From assembly GCA_045648505.1 (NCBI GenBank), contig JAZROD010000044.1:80995-144994 (forward strand): DNA of 64,000 nucleotides. Direction: 5' to 3'. Each line of letters starts with the position of its first letter. Position 1 is the stretch's first letter. This document shows positions 57,700-64,000 of the stretch, piece by piece. The notes below the pieces were generated by a model. It saw only the letters and a program-made list of their open reading frames with translations, was not told the origin of the DNA and searched no databases. The translations under genes and the position numbers were made by a program. This stretch comes from Clostridia bacterium. GTDB lineage: Bacteria; Bacillota; Clostridia; RGIG6154.

Positions 57700-58443
57700 A
57701 TGGCTAAAATAATTAAAGGGATTTTTCCCACCTTTGAGCAAAAAGAAAATATGGTAACCGCCATAATAGCTGCAGGCGGAAGCGGCACAAGAATGGGCAT
57801 TGATTTTAACAAGCTTTTCTTAAGCATTGAAGAAAAACCAATCATTGCATACACCCTTGATGCTTTCGAAAACTGCCGTAGTGTTGATAACATTGTTATC
57901 GTTGCTTCTGAAAAGGACTTTAAGTTTATCAAGGAAATCGTTGAAGCATTTGAATACGAAAAGGTTTCAGATATTGTAATCGGCGGTGCAACAAGACAGG
58001 AAAGCGTGAGAAAAGGTCTTATGGCACTTTCCGATGACTGTGACATTGTTTTAATCCACGATGGTGCAAGACCGCTTGTTACAGAACAATCCATTTTAAA
58101 CTGTATTGAAGAAACAATTAAAAACGGTGCAGCCGCACTTGGAACTCCTGTTAAGGACACAATTAAATCTTCAGATAATGACGGTTATATTAAAGACACC
58201 GTTCCAAGAGACGGACTTTATCTTATACAAACACCTCAGGGCTTTGACAGAAACTTAATTATTGATGCACACAACTATGCCATCGAAAACAACCTTGATG
58301 CAACAGACGATTGCAAGCTTGTGGAAACAATGGGCAAAAAGGTTGCAATTGTGCCATCAGAAAGCTCAAACATTAAATTAACAACCCCCGATGATTATTT
58401 TATGATTTCAGCACTTTTAGCATACAGAGGTGATTTTGAATGA
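57700..58443 (+). CDS. ispD: 2-C-methyl-D-erythritol 4-phosphate cytidylyltransferase
   Basis: [15 protein letters not shown] and [11 protein letters not shown]. Confidence 0.85.
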   Translation: MAKIIKGIFPTFEQKENMVTAIIAAGGSGTRMGIDFNKLFLSIEEKPIIAYTLDAFENCRSVDNIVIVASEKDFKFIKEIVEAFEYEKVSDIVIGGATRQESVRKGLMALSDDCDIVLIHDGARPLVTEQSILNCIEETIKNGAAALGTPVKDTIKSSDNDGYIKDTVPRDGLYLIQTPQGFDRNLIIDAHNYAIENNLDATDDCKLVETMGKKVAIVPSESSNIKLTTPDDYFMISALLAYRGDFE

Positions 58444-58901
58444 GAATAGGACACGGAATTGATTTTCACAGACTTGTGGAAGGAAGAGACCTTTACCTTG
58501 GCGGTGTAAAGATTTCCTATGAAAAAGGTCTTTTAGGTCACTCGGATGCAGATGTTCTTCTTCACGCAATCTGCGATGCACTCCTTGGTGCGGCGGCAAA
58601 AAGGGATATTGGTTATCACTTCCCTGACAGTGATGCAAAGTTTAAAGGTATTTCAAGCCTTAAGCTTTTAGAACTTACAAAAGAAATCATCTTGCCTTTA
58701 AAGGTTGTAAATATTGATGCAACAGTGATTGCACAGGCACCAAAGCTTATGCCACACATTGAAAAAATGAGAGAAAATGTTGCAAAAGCACTTGATACAG
58801 ATATAAATAATATTAACATAAAAGCTACGACATCAGAGCATATGGGCTACTGCGGAAGCGGTGAAGGAATGGAAGCCCACGCTGTTTGTATTGTAGATTA
58901 G
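58440..58901 (+). CDS. ispF: 2-C-methyl-D-erythritol 2,4-cyclodiphosphate synthase
   Basis: [12 protein letters not shown]...[19 protein letters not shown]. Confidence 0.85.
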   Translation: MRIGHGIDFHRLVEGRDLYLGGVKISYEKGLLGHSDADVLLHAICDALLGAAAKRDIGYHFPDSDAKFKGISSLKLLELTKEIILPLKVVNIDATVIAQAPKLMPHIEKMRENVAKALDTDINNINIKATTSEHMGYCGSGEGMEAHAVCIVD

Positions 58902-58912
58902 GAGGAAACACA

Positions 58913-60352
58913 ATGGCTAAAGATTCAAAAAAATTCGTTGAAGATATTACATCTATGGATGTAGACTTCGCAAAATGGTACACAGATATTGTTAAAAAAG
59001 CAGAACTTGTTGATTATTCAAGAGTTCGCGGTTGTATGATTATCAAGCCTTATGGCTATGCTATCTGGGAAAACATCCAGAAAACACTTGATAAAATGTT
59101 CAAGGATTTAGGACACGAAAATGTTTATATGCCTATGTTCATCCCTGAAAGCTTACTCCAGAAGGAAAAAGACCATGTTGAAGGCTTTGCTCCTGAAGTT
59201 GCCTGGGTAACACACGGTGGTCTTGAACCATTAACAGAAAGACTTTGCGTTCGTCCTACATCAGAAACACTTTTCTGCGACCACTATAAAGATATTATTC
59301 ATTCATACAGAGACCTTCCAAAGCTCTACAATCAGTGGTGTAGCGTTGTAAGATGGGAAAAAACAACAAGACCTTTCTTAAGAAGCCTTGAATTCTTATG
59401 GCAGGAAGGCCACACAGCCCACGCAACTGCAGAAGAAGCTCAGGAAGAAACAATCAGAATGTTAAATGTTTACGCAGATTTCTGTGAAAACGTTTTAGCT
59501 ATGCCTGTTGTTAAAGGTCAGAAAACAGACAAAGAAAAATTCGCAGGTGCAGAACAGACATATACAATCGAAGCTTTAATGCACAGTGGTATTGCTCTTC
59601 AGTCAGGTACATCACACAACTTTGGTGACGGCTTTGCAAAAGCATTTGAAATTCAGTTTGCAGATAAAGACAATCAGCTTAAATATGTTCATCAGACATC
59701 ATGGGGTGTTACAACAAGACTTATTGGTGCAATCATTATGGTTCACGGTGATGATAACGGACTTGTTCTCCCACCAAGAATTGCACCAACTCAGGTTATG
59801 ATTATTCCAATCGCACAGCATAAAGAAGGCGTTTTAGATAAAGCAGACGAGCTTTATAACACTCTTAAAGACACAGTAAGAGTTAAAGTTGATGCATCTG
59901 ACAAGAGCCCTGGATTTAAGTTCAGCGAACAGGAAATGAGAGGTATTCCACTCAGAATTGAAATCGGACCTAAAGACATTGAAAACAATCAGGCAGTTAT
60001 TGCAAGAAGAGATAACGGTGAAAAGGTTGTTGTATCTCTTGACAACATAAAAGAAGAAGTTGAAAAACTTTTAGATGTGGTTCAGAATGCAATGCTTGAA
60101 AAAGCAAGAGCACACAGAGAAGAAAGAACCTACAAAATGACCGACATAGACGAAATGAAGAAACAGCTTGACGAAAACCCGGGCTTCATCAAAGCTATGT
60201 GGTGCGGTGAGCAGGAATGCGAACTTAAAATTAAAGAACTTACAGGCGCAACCTCAAGATGTATCCCATTTGAGCAGGAAGAAATTTCAGATAAATGTAT
60301 CTGCTGCGGAAAGAAAGCAACAAAGATGGTTTACTGGGGAAAAGCATATTAA
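58913..60352 (+). CDS. proS: proline--tRNA ligase (class II, archaeal/eukaryotic type with C-terminal zinc ribbon)
   Basis: AGGAGG RBS before MAKDSKK. Class II motifs and C-terminal [18 protein letters not shown]. Confidence 0.85.
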   Translation: MAKDSKKFVEDITSMDVDFAKWYTDIVKKAELVDYSRVRGCMIIKPYGYAIWENIQKTLDKMFKDLGHENVYMPMFIPESLLQKEKDHVEGFAPEVAWVTHGGLEPLTERLCVRPTSETLFCDHYKDIIHSYRDLPKLYNQWCSVVRWEKTTRPFLRSLEFLWQEGHTAHATAEEAQEETIRMLNVYADFCENVLAMPVVKGQKTDKEKFAGAEQTYTIEALMHSGIALQSGTSHNFGDGFAKAFEIQFADKDNQLKYVHQTSWGVTTRLIGAIIMVHGDDNGLVLPPRIAPTQVMIIPIAQHKEGVLDKADELYNTLKDTVRVKVDASDKSPGFKFSEQEMRGIPLRIEIGPKDIENNQAVIARRDNGEKVVVSLDNIKEEVEKLLDVVQNAMLEKARAHREERTYKMTDIDEMKKQLDENPGFIKAMWCGEQECELKIKELTGATSRCIPFEQEEISDKCICCGKKATKMVYWGKAY

Positions 60353-60380
60353 AAAATGCCCTTCGGGGCATTTTTTAATA
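60353..60380 (+). terminator. intrinsic terminator after proS
   Basis: AAAATGCCCTTCGGGGCATTTT followed by tt. Confidence 0.6.
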
Positions 60381-60385
60381 AATGA

Positions 60386-60562
60386 AGCATTCTTTCAGAA
60401 TATGAAGTCGCTTCGCTTATGAAGTGCCTTCGCCATGATGCGTTGCTTCGCAACATTCTTTTGAATGCTTCGCATCATAAACGAGCAAAGCAAGTTTGCT
60501 TCATGCAGGCTTTGCCTGTACTTCATATCGGCAACGCCGATGCTTCATAACAACATTAAGAG
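60386..60562 (+). repeat. hairpin-array element family 2, copy 1 (upstream of the four-helix-bundle gene)
   Basis: Left half has TTATGAAG linkers; right half has GCTTCAT linkers joining GTTGCttcGCAAC, ATGCttcGCAT, CAGGCtttGCCTG and ATCGGCaaCGCCGAT. Ends GCTTCATAACAAC, then RBS and start codon. Confidence 0.6.
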
Positions 60563-60571
60563 GTGATAAAA

Positions 60572-60931
60572 ATGAAAAACGACAAACTTTCAAATCTATC
60601 TATGGATTTTTCTATTAAGATAATTAATTTAGTAAAACATCTTAAAAGCAACAAAGAAACACTTATTTCAAACCAAATAGGCAGAAGCGGAACTTCAATA
60701 GGAGCAAATATTCGTGAAGCTCAATACGCACAAAGCAGAAATGATTTTATTTCTAAACTTCAAATCTCACTTAAAGAAGCAAACGAAACCGACTATTGGC
60801 TTGAATTGTTATACAAAACAAACTACATAACTGAAAATGTATACAAGGACTACACATCTCTCTGCACAGAAATAAGAGTTACTCTTATTGCATCAATAAA
60901 AACAGCCAAACAAAACGCAGAAAGTAAGTGA
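60572..60931 (+). CDS. four-helix-bundle protein (23S rRNA intervening-sequence protein / DGR Avd-like family)
   Basis: QIGRSGTSIGANIREAQYAQSRNDFISKLQISLKEANETDYWLELL matches the TIGR02436-type four-helix-bundle signature. ATG at 60572 after an AAGAGG RBS; track coordinate 60563 is a GTG. Confidence 0.6.
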   Translation: MKNDKLSNLSMDFSIKIINLVKHLKSNKETLISNQIGRSGTSIGANIREAQYAQSRNDFISKLQISLKEANETDYWLELLYKTNYITENVYKDYTSLCTEIRVTLIASIKTAKQNAESK

Positions 60932-60954
60932 AGTTTTTCTGCGGAATATAAATT

Positions 60955-61079
60955 CAATCAAACGCAAGGCGTTTGTACCTTAATAGAACCCACAAGGTTC
61001 GCTTCATAGACGAGCATAGCGAGTCTGCTTCATACAGGCTTTGCCTGTGCTTCATATTTCGCAAAGCGAAATTCTTCAT
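60955..61079 (+). repeat. hairpin-array element family 2, copy 2 (downstream of the four-helix-bundle gene)
   Basis: AAACGCaagGCGTTT, AACCcacaaGGTT, then CGCTTCAT, GCTTCAT-CAGGCtttGCCTG-GCTTCAT-ATTTCGCaaaGCGAAAT-TCTTCAT. The 32-nt core matches copy 1 at 30 of 32 positions. Confidence 0.6.
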
Positions 61080-61112
61080 AAAAAAGACTTGCAATTTGCA
61101 AGTCTTTTTCTT
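61079..61112. terminator. bidirectional intrinsic terminator
   Basis: aaaaaAGACTTGCAAtttGCAAGTCTttttt. Confidence 0.6.
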
Positions 61113-61449
61113 ATTGTTTAGTTTTTCCACAAGCACAGGTACCTGTGTAGCTATTGTTTACTCTTCCGCATTCATCGCAAACCCATCCGTCTTTAACATT
61201 TTTAGGGTCGTTTTTGCTGTATTTATGGTCGGTTTCTATAAGCTTGCATTTTATGTACTGTATATCATCCGCCATATCAAGAAACGCAAAAATAAAACCT
61301 GCATAAAACAAAGTAACTGCAATACCAACAATCAAATAGAGTATTCCTGCTATAACACTCTCACCAAACATGGCAAAACTTCCAAGTACCACAAGCAAAA
61401 TCGCAAGAACAAGCACAACAATACTTGCTTTTCTTAACATTTCAATCAT
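61111..61449 (-). CDS. small membrane protein with C-terminal zinc-ribbon (CxxC...CxC)
   Basis: Two TM helices, then WVCDECGRVNNSYTGTCACGK. Confidence 0.45.
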   Translation of the reverse strand: MIEMLRKASIVVLVLAILLVVLGSFAMFGESVIAGILYLIVGIAVTLFYAGFIFAFLDMADDIQYIKCKLIETDHKYSKNDPKNVKDGWVCDECGRVNNSYTGTCACGKTKQ

Positions 61450-61921
61450 TTAAAACACTCCTTTTTCTTATTAGTTTTATTATTGCTATTATTATCAGTA
61501 TTCCAACAAGCGCCCCTGCGGTGTCTATTAAAACATCGTACCACCTGCAGGCTCGCCCTTTTACAAAAAGCTGATGTATTTCATCAGTAATTGCGTAAAT
61601 AAAGCAAAGAGTTGTTGCAGAAAATGCAATCTTTTTCTTTTTGTGCAACAAAAATGCAATATATGTGAGTATTCCAAGAATTGCATATTCTGTTAAATGT
61701 GCAATCTTTCTTATTGCGGTTTGATATGGTTCAACCTTTTTCTTCTGTTTTTCTGGCGGAAGCTTTTTAAAGTCCTTTGAAATAGTTGATGCGATTTTTA
61801 CAAGGGTTTTGCCGCTTGTTTTTTTGGATGCAGTTGCTTCCTGTTCGGAAAATGCAAATATAACGCACATCCACAAAACGACCAAAGTCCACGCTATTAT
61901 TTTTTTGAGCATTTTCCTCAC
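61442..61921 (-). CDS. VanZ-family membrane protein
   Basis: VanZ-like motifs (KIAHLTEYAILGILTY...ITDEIHQLFVKGRACRWYDVLIDTAGA). Confidence 0.6.
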   Translation of the reverse strand: MRKMLKKIIAWTLVVLWMCVIFAFSEQEATASKKTSGKTLVKIASTISKDFKKLPPEKQKKKVEPYQTAIRKIAHLTEYAILGILTYIAFLLHKKKKIAFSATTLCFIYAITDEIHQLFVKGRACRWYDVLIDTAGALVGILIIIAIIKLIRKRSVLND

Positions 61922-61927
61922 CGCCTT

Positions 61928-62380
61928 TTAGCAAATTGTTTTCTCTGATATTTCCACAAAATTTTTAAGCACCGCTTTAACCTGATAAGACTCAGAAATA
62001 CCTGTTTTGCACCATATTGCAAAATGTTCGCAATTGTTAAGTGCCAGATTATATTTGGTTTCTCCAAGTCTGCTTTTTGCTCTTTCCACCGTTTCTTCGG
62101 GACTATACAAAAAATACTCTGTACTTTGTGTTTCGTATCTTTTTTCTTTCAGGGGTTTTAAGTGAACATTCTGAAAGGCAAGCTCAAAAAACTCTTTTTT
62201 ACCGCCTAAAAAATCCTTCATTGTTCCGTATCGGACTCTTTTTGTCCCCTTAAAATCTCCCTTATCTCCCGCATAGTGGATTACCGTATTTTCTCCCACA
62301 TAAACTGCATAATGAGAGTATAAAAATCGTTTAACTCCTATAATATCTCCATACTCCAGATGTTTGTACATAAATACCAC
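61928..62380 (-). CDS. LRAT/NlpC-P60 superfamily (NC-domain) protein
   Basis: His-box GDIIGVKRFLYSHYAVYVG and catalytic Cys motif YNLALNNCEHFAIWC. Confidence 0.6.
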   Translation of the reverse strand: MVFMYKHLEYGDIIGVKRFLYSHYAVYVGENTVIHYAGDKGDFKGTKRVRYGTMKDFLGGKKEFFELAFQNVHLKPLKEKRYETQSTEYFLYSPEETVERAKSRLGETKYNLALNNCEHFAIWCKTGISESYQVKAVLKNFVEISEKTIC

Positions 62381-62441
62381 CTCATTATATGATATTATGT
62401 ATATAAAGAACTTAATATTCGATAGCGATACTTATACTTCT

Positions 62442-63554
62442 TTATTTTGATACTATTTTTTTGAATTTTTCCATATAGTCTTTTATTTTGATGCCCTGCG
62501 GACAGTTTCCTTCACACTTTCCGCACAAAACACATTTTTCAATTTTATCTTTAAATTCCAAAAGTCTTTCTTTGTTTTCATCCCTTGAAATTTCTGCTCC
62601 AAGGAACTTGTTGAAAACAACAAAAATATCAGAAATCTTAATATCACTTGGGCAAACATCTTTGCAATAGTTACATTTTGTGCAAGGAATGAGCTTTTGT
62701 TCTCTTATTATCGCTCTTAATTTGTCAAAAACCTGTAATTCTTCTTCTGTGACAGGCTCAAAATCTGTAAATGTTTTTATATTGTCATTTATCATATCCA
62801 TATTGCCCATTCCTGAAAGTACCATAAACACTTCAGGAAAGCTTCCTGCATAACGAAGTGCATAAGATGCCTGACTGTTGTTTCCAAGCTTTTTCAGCTC
62901 ATTTTCTGCCTCTTTGGGAAGATTAACAAGTGCACCGCCCTTAACAGGCTCCATAACAATAACTTTTTTACCGTGCTTAACTGCAACATCATAACAAGCC
63001 TTGCTCTGCACGGTAGGGTCGTCATAATCAAGATAGTTAATCTGCAGTTGAACAAATTCAAGATATGGTTGCTCCGTTAAAACCTTATCAAGAAACTCTG
63101 CACTGTCGTGGAAAGACATTCCAAGATGCTTGATTTTTCCTTCTTCTTTAAGCTTTTTTATAATATCAAAGGTGTTATATTTTACGTGTTTTTCGTAGCC
63201 TTCCTTGTTAATACAATGAAACAGATAAAAATCAAAATATTCAACACCACAAATCTGAAGTTGTTTTTCAAAAAGAGGCAAAACATCCTTATCCGTTTCA
63301 AAAGTCCAGTAAGAAAGCTTATCTGCAAGAACATAGTCTTCTCTGTTATATCTTGATGTAAGGCACTCCTTAATGGCCTTTTCGCTTTTACCTTCAATAT
63401 ATCCGTGAGCAGTATCAAAATAATTGAATCCTGCTTTGATGTAGGTGTCAATCATATTTTTAAACTGGTTTTTGTCAACTTCGTTGTCAACCATAGGAAG
63501 TCTCATACATCCAAAGCCAAGCTTACCTTTAATTTTTTCGTTAAACATTTTCAT
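62442..63554 (-). CDS. aldo/keto reductase fused to a C-terminal 2x[4Fe-4S] ferredoxin domain
   Basis: AKR N-terminus (GFGCMRLP...GFNYFDTAHGY). C-terminal CTKCNYCKDVCP and CVLCGKCEGNCP. Confidence 0.7.
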   Translation of the reverse strand: MKMFNEKIKGKLGFGCMRLPMVDNEVDKNQFKNMIDTYIKAGFNYFDTAHGYIEGKSEKAIKECLTSRYNREDYVLADKLSYWTFETDKDVLPLFEKQLQICGVEYFDFYLFHCINKEGYEKHVKYNTFDIIKKLKEEGKIKHLGMSFHDSAEFLDKVLTEQPYLEFVQLQINYLDYDDPTVQSKACYDVAVKHGKKVIVMEPVKGGALVNLPKEAENELKKLGNNSQASYALRYAGSFPEVFMVLSGMGNMDMINDNIKTFTDFEPVTEEELQVFDKLRAIIREQKLIPCTKCNYCKDVCPSDIKISDIFVVFNKFLGAEISRDENKERLLEFKDKIEKCVLCGKCEGNCPQGIKIKDYMEKFKKIVSK

Positions 63555-64000
63555 CCCTCAATTCAAATTTAAAAACTGTCATTTCTCTGTTCTTTACTTT
63601 TTCAATAAATTCTGTTATATCTTCTATAGGTGTTTCTGAACACATTCCCGCCAGACGACCTTTCTTCGCTGCACTATGCTTATCAGACCCTGCAAATTCA
63701 ATCAAATCATAATATTTTGCATAAGTTTTCGCCAACTCATTCTCTTCATCTTTTCTTCCTGCATTAATTATCTCAACACCGTGCACATTTCTTGGAAACA
63801 ATCTTATATGGTCAATATATGACGCCTCCCTGAATGGATGTGCCTGAATCACAAGAGCTCCGTTATCCATAAAGAACTTAAGCTGTTCACTTTTTTTCAT
63901 ATCCATAATCTGTGGATTTGAAAGAAACCACTCTTTATCAAGTCCGTAAATTAAAAAATCCGTACCACCATAAGTGCTTTCAATTCCTAAGAATACTTTT
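63541..64000 (-). CDS. PHP-domain phosphoesterase (partial; N-terminus beyond the right window edge)
   Basis: C-terminal PHP motifs (VIQAHPFRE...HGVEIINAG...GSDKHS). The frame stays open upstream of the annotated Met to the window edge. Confidence 0.5.
   Translation of the reverse strand, partial: KVFLGIESTYGGTDFLIYGLDKEWFLSNPQIMDMKKSEQLKFFMDNGALVIQAHPFREASYIDHIRLFPRNVHGVEIINAGRKDEENELAKTYAKYYDLIEFAGSDKHSAAKKGRLAGMCSETPIEDITEFIEKVKNREMTVFKFELRDENV

Noticed and set aside
60386-61112. Diversity-generating retroelement around the Avd-like four-helix-bundle gene
   Set aside because: No reverse transcriptase ORF and no template/variable repeat pair anywhere nearby; the flanking repeats are hairpin arrays, not TR/VR.

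Overview
AT-rich, low-GC Firmicute chromosomal window from a Clostridia-type endospore-former; no rRNA, tRNA, CRISPR array, integrase or transposase is visible. Sporulation genes are present (spoIID, yabP, yabQ, divIC, yabR, gerABC, a GerMN lipoprotein, a SpoVB/YabM-like flippase, a DUF3794/LysM SipL-like protein). Housekeeping blocks are: ispE on the left edge; the hup-yabO-yabP-yabQ-divIC-yabR cluster; a two-component system; a cell-wall module (DacB-like, FemAB, alanine-racemase-like); rpsF-ssb-rpsR; mreB; a 1186-aa SLH-domain surface protein; yggS; apgM plus two COG0523 GTPases; MATE; GH20; tcdA; RNase J; luxS; an OPT transporter plus a PqqD-like protein; rluD-lspA-divIVA-yggT-sepF; hfq-miaA-mutL-mutS; nagA; ispD-ispF-proS; and a right-edge accessory block (four-helix-bundle Avd-like protein, VanZ, LRAT-like, AKR-ferredoxin fusion, PHP). 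Many consensus sigma-A promoters and intrinsic terminators are readable. The most unusual signal is a recurrent hairpin-array element: runs of short, different palindromes separated by a constant 7-nt linker (ATGAATT / AATTCAT). One family occurs as two about 96%-identical direct copies of roughly 260 bp, each with its own TTGCAT-N17-TGnTAAAAT promoter. These bracket a 2.4-kb block (RHH regulator divergent from two uncharacterised membrane proteins) and abut the yggS start. A second, related family flanks the Avd-like gene. Other items are an apparently catalytically dead DacB homolog (Ser to Asp in SxxK), a DnaA-box cluster far from any dnaA gene, a COG0523 GTPase with a triplicated E-E-C-x-C-G-C-H-E-H insert, and a stand-alone PqqD/RRE-like gene next to the OPT transporter.
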